From: Octopus sinensis
Taxonomy: Eukaryota
NCBI RefSeq assembly: GCF_006345805.1
Contig: NC_043009.1
Location: 67,456,001-67,520,000, forward strand
Length of the DNA stretch: 64,000 bases
Direction: 5' to 3'
Below are positions 1 to 12,856 of the stretch, in pieces. The translations under genes and the position numbers were made by a program. Positions within the stretch are counted from its first letter, which is position 1, and every line of letters begins with the position of its first letter. Under the pieces are notes generated by a model. The model did no database searches. It was not told where the DNA came from and saw only the letters and a list, made by a program, of their open reading frames with translations.

Positions 1-471
1 GGTTTAATGGTCAAAATATTCAAATCTTATATTTTCATTTGACTTTTATTGTTTACAGTTTCAAAATGTTTCTTTTTTTTTTTTTGTTTTACTTTGTTCT
101 GTTTTAATACAGAATTATTAACTTGGATTACGTTACTTGAATGTGTTAATATGTGAGCAAATACAATGCAATATATATTCAAAAATGCATGCTGATTTAA
201 AAAAGATCCACGTGCAAAATGTATCATGCCACTTAGGAAACAAACCATTATGCAAATTAGAAGAAGGCAGTCAACAGTTCACTTAAAAGGATATGAGGTG
301 AACGCCCGAAATAAAGCAGTCACCAAACTTAGTTCGATTCTTAGAACATAGAATTAAATTAGAGAGCAATAGGACATACCTTAAACTATTCCGTGTTTTG
401 TCTGATGGAATGTTGGACATGAATCACGTCAACACACAAATGATTTTATTTTTCTCTTTACTTTTCTTTAG

Positions 472-547
472 CCTCACCGGGACACACTTAAATATGGGCA
501 GTCTGAAGAACTGCCACTTTATGAAGGCGAAAAGAACCAAGGAATGG
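472..547 (+). CDS. MTMR2: Myotubularin (MTMR2/MTM1-like) coding exon, first in window (PHRDTLKYGQSEELPLYEGEKNQGM)
   Basis: ttctttag acceptor, G|gtaagt donor, 76 bp. Resembles human EEPPLLPGENIKDM and joins in frame to the 4918 exon. Confidence 0.85.
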
Positions 548-610
548 GTAAGTCAGAAAAGTGAACACCAAAAAAAAAAAAAAAAAAATTCTTTACTTCT
601 TTCTTTTACG

Positions 611-953
611 TTATTTACATTAGACAGATATTTCTCCTCATCTTGTTTGTTGTTAACACAAACACAACTGATATACCCTCCAGCCTTCATCAGGTGTCTT
701 GGGGAAATTTTGAATCTGGGTTCTCATTCCTAAGGTATTTTTCAATGTTGTTGTTGTTATTATTATTCAGGTCACTGCCCGAAATTGAACTTGGAATTTT
801 GGGGTTAGCAGCCCGTGCCCTTAACCACTATGCCATATGCCCATGGGTAATTATGGAGTGAATTTTAGGCTTATAAATCTTCGGGCATATGGCATAGTTG
901 TTAAGAGTGCGGGCTACTAACCCCTAGTTTCCTAGTTCAATTCCAGGCAGTGA

Positions 954-994
<41 letters not shown>

Positions 995-1133
995 TAGAAA
1001 AATACCTTAGGAATGAGAACCCAGGTTTGAAATTTCCCCAAGACACCTGATGAAGGCTGGAAGGGTATATCAGCCAAAATGTTGTGTTAACAACAAACAA
1101 GATGAGGACAAATATCCATCAAATGTAAATAAT
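611..1133. repeat. Inverted repeat made of two head-to-head SINE-like copies, arms 611-842 and 883-1133
   Basis: The arms are direct reverse complements, with a 40-bp spacer. Confidence 0.9.
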
Positions 1134-1992
1134 GTACATAATTCCTCATCTCCTAAATATAGAACTGTATTCTTTCCTTTAATTACAAAACTCATCACCA
1201 TTTTCTCTGTATAATTCTTTTCTTAATTGATTCCTAATACTTGTTACATTTTAATTGTTCCTGACACTCCGTTGATTACGATGATGCAGGTTCCAGTTGA
1301 ACAGTGGAACAGCCTGCTCGTGAAATTGATGTGCAAGTGGCTGAGCACTCCACAGTCACGCATACCTATAACGTAGTTCTCAGGGAGATTCAGTGTGGCA
1401 CAGAGTGTGACAAAGTTGGCCCCTTTGAATTACAAGTACAACTCATTTTTGCCATTCGAGTAGACTTTAGCAATATAAAATAAAGTGTCTTGCTCAAGGA
1501 CACAACATGCTGCCAGGAATTGAACTCATGACCGTATGATTGTGAACCAACTACCCTATCCACTAAGCCATTTGTTGCATTATGTTAATACTGACTTAAA
1601 TATTGTCATTTGGAACCCTCTAATTTTTGGGGCTTAAAATTTAGAAAAATGGTTGTGTAATGGGTTTATAACACTATCCATGTATAAGAAACTCCCATAT
1701 TTTTTTTAACCTAATTTTTTATGCAAAAGGGGTTCCTTATACGTGTTAAAAATACAGTAATTTCTTCCCCAGAATGAGCAAATTTCCTATGCTAACTAAT
1801 GTACAATAGCTTCTATCTTTTACTTGTTTCATTTGTTGGACTGTGGACATGCTGGGGCACTGCCTTGAAGGGTTTAGTTGAATAAATTGACCTCAGGACT
1901 TACGTCTGGTATTTATTCTATTGGTCTTTTGTTGAACTGCTATGTTACAGAGACATAAACAAACCCACACACATATGCACGCATGCACACAC

Positions 1993-2052
<60 letters not shown>

Positions 2053-2299
2053 CATCAAGAAAGATTTGAGCGAGGTCGTTGCCAGTACCGCCTGACTGGC
2101 CCCCATGCCGGTGGCACGTAAAAAGCACCCACTACACTCTCGGAGTGGTTGGCGTTAGGAAGGGCATCCAGCTGTAGAAACACTGCCAAATCAAGATTGG
2201 AGCCTGGTGCAGCCATTTGGTTTGCCAGCCCTCAGTCAAAATCGTCCAACCCATGCTAGCATGGAAAGCGGACGTTAAACGATGATGATATATATATAT

Positions 2300-3330
2300 A
2301 TATATAGGAAAAATTCATATTTTAGACCATCTTCAATGGATGTGAATAGAATTGAAAATGGAATGACATTGTTTGAAGTTCTGTCATTGCCTAAGCTTAC
2401 GGAAGAATCTAGATTTAATATTCTACTCTATGAACTGAGAAAACACTTGTCAATTTTACAGTGCTCATTCAAGCTAATGGTGCCCCAATCCATACAGTTA
2501 TGTCAATGTTGGTGGTCTGGAACTTGATTGTAGATTGTTCTCTCTCTCTTGAAGGATGTTACAACACATTCCTATGTGGGCATCATTGAGCTTTTTTTTA
2601 TCTTTTCGTTGCCCTTTCCATGCTTCAGTGATGTTACTTCTCTTATGTCATTGAGTGGTTACATTAACTGGACATGAATCAACATGGTTGACTGACCATC
2701 TATCTGCCTGACTTGTTTCAAGGGAGACACGATATTTCTTAATTTTCAAGGTCGTGACGCAGCAGGAAGTCTTCCAGATGCAACTGGGATTAGATCAGAG
2801 TGTCTTAAAGAGCCAAGAAAAAGTTTGCAATCGTCATCTTCGGTAATGTAAATGGAGTGCGTCCTCGTGTACTGGAACAAATTATGGAACTTGTTAGAAA
2901 GGAAACATAAAGAAGCTAAGATAAGGAAAGCTCATATGATGCCAATGTGTGATTTAGGGAAGTAGTACATGAAATGAAACTGAAAATCGATGTAGTAGAA
3001 GATAACTGGTAGAGCGATCAGTTCACTATTATGTGAGTCATACTTGTATTAAGAGTAAACTCTATTGACAACAACTACGGAGAATGTGCATAGAAAGATT
3101 GCCAAATTACTTATGTAGTTTATCACACAAGATGCAGTGAAGGGAAAAGTATATATTGGCGAAACCACCTGCAGTGTAGGTGAAAGAATTAGAAGACAAT
3201 AATGTGAAAAGAACGAAAAGAAACAAACATCTGTAGTCTATGAAACTTGCCATACAGAAACACAATAGATTAATAAACAATGTTGAAATAAACATTGTTT
3301 TCACATCCAAAAGAACAATCTTTACAGAAG
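2300..3330 (+). mobile_element. Highly decayed Penelope-like element
   Basis: Frameshifted VVY..RC..KVYIGETT..ERI (GIY-YIG-like) near 3110-3200, with faint RT-like residues upstream. Confidence 0.55.
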
Positions 3331-4757
3331 GTTACACATACGGGAAGTAAATTATGGTTCCGTATGCATCCTTTGTAGAAAGAATGAATGGAGTCATAAT
3401 GATGCCTCCTTCAGCCATGACCCACCCTTGGAGTAATACAAGGAGGAGGATACAATAACATTAAAGTTAACTAAAGTCAATTATCACACACAAACATACA
3501 CACACACACACTTGCTCTCACAGACCGGACAAACACTCTCTCATACACACGGCCTATGAAATACACACACATACGCATGCATGTGCACACATACACACAC
3601 TTACACAATCAAATGTTCTTTTGTTGACACCAACAAAGAACAAGCAAATGAAAATAAAAAAAAAGAAAAGCAACAATTTAAACGACAGCAAAGCAGTTAC
3701 ACAGCAACAACAACACAGAGATGATCTTTGACAACATAATGTCCAAAAATAAATCAGTTGGCAAATTTGAAATAATTGAAAAGGTCATTGTTATGTGATA
3801 AGAAGTTTCTGACAGTGTAACTAAAACTGAAGTGAAGCAGAAGCAGTGTGTGTGTGTGTTTACTGGTAGTATGACCTTCCCAACGTGTGACATTCACACA
3901 CAGATGCACATGCATATATTTACATATATGTACACTTATACATCTAGAAATTGATATAATGGTATGCTTCTACCTGCCAGCCTTTTATGGTCATGCTAAT
4001 CGGATTAACTCAAATAAAAAATGGGAGAGAGAGAGAGAGAGAGAAAGAGTGGGGGGAAAAGAAGAAAAAAGAGAGAGAAGAGATTAGCATGCACATTAAT
4101 AGAGACTGAGAGAGAAAACATGAGAGAAAAAGAGAGATAGAGAAAGCATATGGAAAATAAGACATGATAATGGTAAATGATAGTGGTGGTGGTAGTGGTA
4201 GCAGTGGTAGTGTTGTTTATTTGTGGGAGGAGGATAATCAATCACATCGACCCCAGTGCATATCTGGTACTTATTTTATCGATCCCGAAAGGATGAAAGG
4301 CAAAGTTGACCTTGAAGGAATTAGAACTCAGAATATAGCGATGGGCAAAATACCACTAAGCATTTCTGTCCAACGTGCTAACGATTCTGCCAGCTCACCA
4401 CCTTAATAATAATAACAATAATAATAATAATAATAATAGTAACTATAATAATGATAATAATAATAATAGTAACTATAATAATGATAATAATAATAATAAT
4501 AATGATAATAATAATGATGATGATGATAATAATAATAATGATAAAAAAATATTCAGACAAATACATAGCAAAAACACCAGGACTTACAAACACATATAAC
4601 ATACAGAAAATTGCACTACTAGGCACTGCACACATCCTACGCAGAACACTTTCCATACAATAACCATCAGAGCATCACAACAAATCACAGCACATACCCA
4701 AGGCACACACAGCTGCGCTCGGTAGTGAAGTGAAAGCACGCTATAGAAATAAAACTA

Positions 4758-4791
<34 letters not shown>

Positions 4792-4796
4792 GTAAC

Positions 4797-4836
<40 letters not shown>

Positions 4837-4917
4837 GTAGTAACAATAACTCATTTACATCTTTCTTTTTCTCTTCCTCTTACCAACCCACTAACAAACG
4901 AACCAACCAACCAACAG

Positions 4918-5012
4918 CTCATGATGTCACTTATCTGTGCCCTTACAGTGGGGCTGTAAAAGGAACCTTGACTGTCACAAATTACAGACTTCACTTCCGA
5001 AGTGCTGAAAGG
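4918..5012 (+). CDS. MTMR2: MTMR2 exon, PH-GRAM ([32 protein letters not shown])
   Basis: caacag acceptor, AGG|gtaaac donor, 95 bp. Matches the myotubularin [23 protein letters not shown] motif. Confidence 0.95.
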
Positions 5013-5380
5013 GTAAACTATTTCTTTTTTTCAGTTTTTTTATATAATCAGTTTTTCCTTATTTTATATTTAACCTAATTATGTATTTTATTCTCTGTTT
5101 TTTTTTATTCAATCCTTACTCAGCTGTTGGGTAGGTAGGCTTGAAGATTATTTATGTGTGAGCTGTGAGTAATTAGATTAGACCTTGATAATGATGATGT
5201 AATACTAATAATAATAATAATAATGACTCAGAGAGCGCAAACCTCTGCCAAGGCAATACCAACATCCTCTCAATGATTGGCCAGAGATGATTTTTAAAAT
5301 GAGAACATCTGGAATAAACTTGACTGCTCTCACACGCGAGAATACAAAACTGAACCCAACCTCCCTCAAAAATTAAATAA

Positions 5381-5777
5381 ATCATCATCATCATCATCAT
5401 CATCGTTTAACGTCTGTTTTCCATGCTAGCATGGGTTGGATGGTTCGACCAGGGTCTGGGAAGCCAGGAGGCTGCACCAGGCTCCAGTCTGATCTGGCAG
5501 TGTTTCTGCAGCTGGATGCCCTTCCTAATGCCAACCACTCCGTGAGTGTAGTGGGTGCTTTTTACATGCCACTGGCACAGGTGCTAGGCGAGGCTGGCAA
5601 CGGCTACGATCGGTTGGTGCTTTTTATGTGCCACCAGCACGCAAGCCAGTCAAGGCGGTGCTGGCAACGGCCACGTTCGGATGGTGCTTTTTACATGCCA
5701 CCGGCACAGGTATCACAACTACAATTTCCATTGATGTTTTGATCGATTTCGATTTCACTTGCCTCAACAGGTCTTCA
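5381..5777 (-). mobile_element. Isolated RTE 3'-UTR fragment; similar pieces at about 2060-2290, 13220-13640, 13760-13905, 16760-16900, 37590-37935
   Basis: Near-identical to 6901-7445, ending in CCATGCTAGCATGG...AACG(ATG)n. Confidence 0.85.
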
Positions 5778-6900
5778 AAATAATCCGGAATCCTTGTCTG
5801 GTACCAGATCAATCCCCAAATCTAATCAGTTTGTGCCAGTCACAAGGCCAAACATCCCTGAAAGTTTCATCCGAATCTATCCAGCGGTTCTTGAGATATC
5901 TTGTCAAATGACACAAACAAACACAACTGAAAACAACACCTCTGCCTTTGCTAAGGCAGCAGTAATAATAATAATAACAATAATAATCCATTCTACTATA
6001 GGCTCAAGGCCTGAAAATTTGGGGGAGGGGACTAGTGGATTACATCAACTCCAGTGTTTCACTGGTACTTAATTTATTGACCCTTGGTGGAATTTGAACT
6101 CAGAACATGAATACGGATGATATGCTGCTAAGCATTTTGCCTGGTGTGCTAACATTTCTGCCAGCTTGCCAGCTTAATAATAATAATAATAATAATAATA
6201 ACAACAACAACAACAACCGTTGTTTCAAATTTTGGCACACAATGGAGCAATTTTATCGGGAGAGAGTCAGTTGATTATATTGACTCCCCGGTACTTGACT
6301 GGTACTTTAATTTATTGACCCCGAGAAGATGAAAGGTAAAGTCAGCACACCAGACAAAATGGTCTGCAGCATTTCTTACAACTCTTTATATTCTGAGTTC
6401 AAATCCTGCTGAGGTCAGCTTTGCCTTTTATTCCCTTTTGGAGTCAATAAAATAAAGTACCAGTCATGCACTGGTCTGACCTCCTCTTGCTGGCCTTGTG
6501 CCAAAATTTGAACTAATTTTTACTGGAATCTGTTAGTTTTTGTTGTGGGAAAATTTGATGAAATATTCTTTGGTTTTTTCTCTTTGCAGATGCCAGGTTA
6601 TGAAGGCATTCATCACTTGTATTCAGAGCAGACATTGCTTAAGGTTGTTACTCTGTTTCTTTTGACTAATAGATATTTCTGTTGTGAGTTAGGGATTTAT
6701 ATGTTGTCTGGGAATCAGTGCAACTTCTAAAGAAGTCTTAGTCTGTGTAGGTGAGGAGGGCACTGGCAGGGAGAGGGGATGCTAAATAGATATGTTCACC
6801 ACTTTTTTAAAAGAAGATTTTTGTGGAAGAGGTGAGGAAAGAAGAAACTGGAGTTTTTTTTTGTCTATTTTGAACTGTTGGTGCTAATCACTATGTGGAT

Positions 6901-9900
6901 CATCATCATCATCATCGTTTAACGTCCGCTTTCCATGCTAGCATGGGTTGGACGGTTCAACTGGGGTCTGGCAAGCCCGAAGGCTACACCAGGCCAGTCA
7001 GATCTGGCAGTGTTTCTACAGCTGGATGCCCTTCCTAACGCCAACCACTCCGAGAGTGTAGTGGGTGATTTTTGTGCCACCGACACAGGTGCCAGACGAG
7101 GCTGGCAGACGGCCACGCTCAGATGGTGTTTTTTATGTGCCACCGACACAGGTGCCAGACGAGGCTGGCAGACGGCCACGCTCGGATGGTGTTTTTTTTT
7201 TTATGTGCCACCGACACAGGTGCCAGACGAGGCTGGCGAACGGCTACAATCGGATGGTGTTTGTTACGTGCCCACAGCACGGAGGCCAGTCGATGCGGTA
7301 CTGGCTACGGTCCCGTTCGGATGGTTTTCTTATGTGCCACCGGCACTGGTACCACAGGGATACAAATTCCATTGATGTTCATCTATTTTGATTTGGTTTG
7401 ACTTGATTCGATTTGACTTTGATTTGATTTGCCTCAACAGGTCTTCACAAGTGTCACAAGCAGGAAGGTATGCACAGGTGGACTGGCTACGTCCCAGGTA
7501 GGGGCCACGGGTTATGGCTTCACTAGTCTTGCCGGGTCTTCTCACGCACAGCATACTTCCATAGGTCTCGGTCTCTAGTCATTTCCATGGTGAGACCTAA
7601 CGTTCGAAGGTCGTGCTTCACCACCTCGTCCCAGGTTTTCCTGGGTCTACCTCTTCCACGGGTTCCCTCAACTGCTAGGGATTGGCACTTTCTCACACAC
7701 CTATCTTCATCCATTCTCGCCACATGACCATACCAGCGCAATCGTCTCTCTTGCACGCAACAACTGATGCTTCTTAGGTACAACATTTCTCTCAGGGAAC
7801 TAACGCTCTGTCGAGTAAGTACACTGACATTACACATCCATCGGAGCATACTGGCTTCATTCCTCATGAGCTTACGCATGTCCTCAGCAGTCACGGCCCA
7901 TGTTTCACTGCCATGTAGCATGGCAGTTCGAACACATGCATCATACAGTCTGCCCTTTACTCTGAGCGAGAGGCCTTTAGTCACCAGCAGAGGTAAGAGC
8001 TCCCTAAACTTTGCCCAGGCTATTCTTATTCTAGCAGTTACACTCTCAGCGCACCCACCCCCACTACTGACTTGGTCACCTAGATAACGGAAGCTATCAA
8101 CTACTTCTAATTTTTCCCCCTGGAAAGTGACGGAAGCTGTTTTCTGCAGATTTTCAGAGGTCAATGCTCCCGAGCATCTGCCACATATAAAAACTATCTT
8201 CCCAGTTAGCCTACCTTTGACATTGCTGCACCTCTTATGTGTCCATAGCTTACACTGGGTACATCTTATAGAGTTTCTACCTACACCTTTTCTACAGATC
8301 GAGCAGGGCCATCTTCCTGAGGACATTTGTGGATTGCCTACCTTTCTACTTATTAGTACTTTGGTTTTAGCTAGGTTGACTCTAAGGCCCCTCGCTTCTA
8401 AACCCTCCTTCCACACCTGGAACTTCTCCTCCAGTTCTGATAGTGACTCAGCAATTAGAGCGAGGTCGTCAGCATAGAGGAGCTCCCAGGAGCAACCTGT
8501 CTTGAATTCCTCTGTTATTGCCTGGAGGACTATGATAAATAGGAGGGGGCTGAGTACTGAACCCTGGTGGACCCCAACCTCTACTTTGAATTCTTCTGTG
8601 AACATGTTGCCAACCCTAACCTTGCTTACGGCATCTCTGTACATGGCTTGCACAGCCCTCACCAGCCATTCATCTATCCCTAGTTTCCTCATTGACCACC
8701 AGATGAGGGATCGGGGGACCCTATCAAAGGCTTTCTCCATATCAACGAAAGCCAGGTACAGGGGCTTATCTTTGGCTAGGTATTTCTCCTGCAGCTGCCT
8801 TACCAGGAATATAGCATCAGTGGTGCTTTTCCCTGGCACAAACCCAAACTGCATCTCATCTAAACTAACTCTCTCTCTAATTAGTTGGGCTATGACCCTC
8901 TCCGTAACCTTCATTACCTGATCCAACAGCTTGATACCTCTGTAATTATTTGTATCTAGGGCATCACCTTTACCTTTGTAGCAGTTGACTAGTACGCTGC
9001 TACAACCAGTCATTGGGTATGACTCCTTCGTGTATCACCTGGTTGACTATACGGGTGACTAGGTTATAGCCGACACTGCCAGATATTTTGAGCATCTCTG
9101 CAGTAATTCCTGATGGGCCTGGGGCTTTCCCTGTCTTCATGCTTCTGATTGCCTTAGCTACCACGGAACTATCAACTCGGATAGCTGGTCCCTCTGTTGG
9201 GTCAACATTCGGCAGACTCTCTTTATCCCATTCATTTTCTTTATTCAGCAACCTTTCATAGTGGCATCTCCAAACCTCTCTCTTTGCATCCTCATTTAGC
9301 GCAAGTGAACCATCATCCATGCGAACACACTTCTCTCCTACCACATCACGATTCTCTCTCACACACTGTCTTGCAACATGAAATACCTCAAGTCTTTCAT
9401 CCTCACGGCGCAGAACATTGGCAAATTTTTTCTTATCTGCTTCCCCTCTGGCTAAATAAACCTGTCTCCTAGCCTCCCTTCTGGCTGTCTGATACAATTC
9501 CCTGCTACCACCGTTCTTCCAGTCCCTCCAAGCCTGTCTCTTTTGTCTAATAGCCCTGTCAACCACAGTGTTCCACCACCATGTTACTCTGGGTTGAGAT
9601 GGTACTTTGCTCCATCCACAGATCTGGTCAGTGGCTGTCAGCAGATTGTCCCGTAGAAATCTCCAGTTGTCTTTCACATTAAGTGAAGCTATATCCCCTT
9701 CTATTTCGTCAAAGGCTTCGAGTAGTATGTCTCTAAATCTCTGTCCATTTGCGGGATCTTTAAGCTTCCAGACCCTTCTCCTCCAAGCAGGTCTTCTTCT
9801 GGGCAACCATTTAGCTCTGATCCTGAAGTCGCTAACTACTAATCTATGTTGAGGAGTGCATTCTTCGCCTGGAAAAGTTTTGGCATTTATAATCAGCCGT

Positions 9901-10035
9901 CTCTCCCTTTTTCTGGCAAGGATGTAGTCAATCTGGCTGGTGTGTCTGCCAGAACGGTAGGTGACTAGGTGAGAGGAGAGTTTCCTGAAGTTGGTATTGC
10001 AGACCATAAGGTCATTTGCATCGCAGATCTCTGTG
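6901..10035 (-). mobile_element. RTE-clade LINE, 5'-truncated: end of AP endonuclease, RT (YADD), 3' UTR with tandem repeats and (GAT)n tail
   Basis: ORFs 9000-10106 and 7523-9013 contain SQIDYIL, KAPGPSG, MQFGF, GVHQGSVLSPLLF and LLYADD. One frameshift near 9005. The 3' UTR matches many truncated copies in the window. Confidence 0.95.
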
Positions 10036-10827
10036 AAAAAAAAATAGAAGCCCAACTGGTTATGTGATTTAGAAGTTTGGTTTGGTTTGGTTTGTAACAG
10101 GCACATGCCATCAGTAATTACTCAGGGTAGGCATTTGGTGACCTTTATGTAGTAAAACACAGAAAAAGTCAAGTGAAACACATGCGTGCGACTGAGTTGA
10201 AGACAGATTTACTTCTGCCTTTATAGTGCATAAAGAAAATGTTGTTGTAGGAATGTATGCAGCATGTGTACTACAGCAGTCCTATGTGTAGCTTAAATAC
10301 TGAGATTGAAAGGTAGGGGCGAATTATGCCTACTAATCTATACTTGATTCCCAGGGGCGAATTATGCCTACCTAATTGTACTTGATTCCTATTAATTTCC
10401 AGGGGTTAATACAATAATCATTTGTAAATAGGGTCTGTTGTGATCAATAATTATCAACATATCAAGATGAAAGTCTCCAAATTATCAATAGATAACCCCA
10501 GGGTCATGAAGGTTTACAATTCTGACACAGTCTTATCAAAATAATCAAGTCTGGCTTAATTAGGCTCGTTAAGATTGAATGGTCTGACAAGTTCAAGGTA
10601 ATGCGATAATCAAATCTGTCAGGTTCAGAATTATTAATTGTGCAAATTGATTTCTTATGTGGTGGGGGAGGTGGCAAAGGTAGCTGCTGCTGTGGTTGTT
10701 TGTTGTTGTTGTTGTGTTGTTGTTGTTGTTGATGATGAGTTTGTTGTTATAAACCTCAATAAATCTCATCAATTTGTGATAATTGAAATTATGTAATTTG
10801 TCAGAATATAGACCTAAATAGAATGAA

Positions 10828-11277
10828 TTAACCCTTTAACCCTTTCGTTACTGTATTTATTTTGAGATGCTTCTGTGTTTCTTTCAATTATTTTAAATAT
10901 AACAAAGAATTTAGTAAAATAACTTAGTTACCATTAAGCTAGTGTTAGGAAAATAAACTAAGGTTTGGTGGAAGATCTTAATTCAAAACTGATGGAAACA
11001 AAACCTTTGTACTCAGAGCCAGAGCTGGTTCCAGCCAGGTTGGTAATGAAAGGGTTAACATTCAGATTAATCTGTCAAATGTAATGCTTACTTTGTCATG
11101 TTGTATCGAATTAATCCTGCATTATCTTGTGGCTTTGAGATTTCAATGTTGTGGCTGCTTATTTTCAGAATAATATTGTAGGATTGGTGTGAGAGGCCAG
11201 ATATAGCCAGCTTGAACATGAAAAAAAGTACAAGATTAGGGACCGGATATGGCTAGATCTAAATGCTAAAGGGTTAA
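10828..11277. mobile_element. Two nested TTAA-flanked MITEs (piggyBac-like ends)
   Basis: Outer TTAA-CCCTTT...AAAGGG-TTAA (10828-11277) and inner TTAA-CCCTTTCGTTAC...GTAATGAAAGGG-TTAA (10836-11058). Related ends at about 14150, 16681-17020, 27185 and 31545. Confidence 0.75.
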
Positions 11278-12745
11278 ATATCATTGTGTGTGAAATAATT
11301 ATTTTTGGGAGATGTCTGATAGAGCTGAATGTATCTGCATTCTTCAGCTAATAATTGGTACCGGTATGGCTATGGGGTTAAGGAGCTTACTTCTGAACCA
11401 TGTAACCTTGGGTTCAGTCTCCACTGCGTGACACCTTAGGCAAGTGTCTTGCTTCTGAATGGATTTGGTAAAAAGAAACTAAAGAATTCAGTCATACATA
11501 TGTATGTGTGTGCACGCATACATGGATGAGTGCGTATGTGTGTGTGTGTGTGTGTCTTGATATTACATAATGGTTGGCATTAGGAAGGACATCAAGCCGT
11601 AGAAACCATGCCAAAGCAGACAATTTGAGTGTGGGGTGTGGCTCTTGGCTTTGCAAGGCTCTTGTTGAACCTTCTAACTCATGCCAGCACGGAAAGCAGA
11701 TGCTACATGATGACAATGGCCAACCATGCCTGTGCTGGCATGGGTTGGATGGTTTGACTGAGGTCTGGAGAGCCAGGAGGTTGCACCAGGCTCCAATCTG
11801 ATCTGGTAGAGTTTCTACAGCTGGATGACTTTACCTAACACCAACCACTCTGAGAGTGCAGTGGGTGCTTTTTACATGCCACTGGCACAGGGGCCAGTAA
11901 GGCGGGCCTGGCATTGATCATGTTTGAATGGTGCTTTTTACGTGTCACCAGCACAGGAACCAGTCAGGGGGTACTGGCATCGGTCTATGTGTGTATGTGT
12001 GTGTGTTTGTCTTCTAAACATCACTTGACAACCAATGCTGGTGTGTTTACATCCCCGTAACTTAGCAGTTCGGCAAAAAAGGCTGACAGAATAAGTACTA
12101 GGCTTACAGAGAATAAATTCTGGGGTTGATTTGCTCGACTAAAGTTAGTGCTCCAGCATGGCCACAGTCAAATGACTTAAATAAAATAAAAATAAAAATA
12201 AAATTAACCTATTTGTTATTATTTCTCTTGGAGCCCTTAGTGGTCTCTTCAGGATCGTAGGGTTCCGAGGAGTCCTTGGTAGGGAACCACTCAGCCAGAC
12301 AAAGTCTGCTCCTTTGCTTTCACTCATCATTATGTGGGCGATTGTGGGATGTTGCGTGTGTTTGTCAGTGACTGGGTCGTAGTTTCAAGCGACTAAACTT
12401 GGCACCATATTTGGCGTTAGGACGGACACCCGACCAGGGAAGCTGTGCCAATACAAACTGGAGCCTGGTGCAGCTCTCCAGCTTACCAGTTCCAGTCAAA
12501 CCATCTGACCCATGCCAGCATGGAAAAACAGACGTTAAGTGATGACAATTCAAACTATAAATGTTTGAGTGAAGTGTGTCTCTCTGAACATCTCACTTGT
12601 GTCTTCCAAGCTGCACTTGGTAATAATTTTTGTTTTGGCTTTTTATTTTTTATTTTCTTGTTTGTTCTATATCTCCTTCTTTTGCTATCATTTTTTAATC
12701 AGTCAACTGATTTATATATTTATTTATTTTTTTATATATTTCCAG

Positions 12746-12856
12746 GATTCCTTTTTCATTCTGGATGTCCCTCTTGGAGTTATCTCCCGTGTTGAGAAGA
12801 TTGGTGGCGCTACAAGCAGAGGAGAGAACTCATATCGAATTGACATCCTCTGTAAA
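12746..12856 (+). CDS. MTMR2: MTMR2 exon ([37 protein letters not shown])
   Basis: ttccag acceptor, AAA|gtaagt donor, 111 bp. Contains the conserved [16 protein letters not shown] motif. Confidence 0.96.

Noticed and set aside
883-960. tRNA-like sequences here and at SINE heads
   Set aside because: A and B boxes run on into SINE bodies; no complete cloverleaf recognised.
7073-7270. CRISPR-like regular repeats
   Set aside because: No unique spacers, eukaryotic context; it is the RTE 3' UTR tandem repeat.
7767-9852. Plus-strand ORFs over the RTE
   Set aside because: Antisense to the RT and endonuclease frame.
6881-10060. Target site duplication for the large RTE
   Set aside because: No convincing shared flank found by eye.
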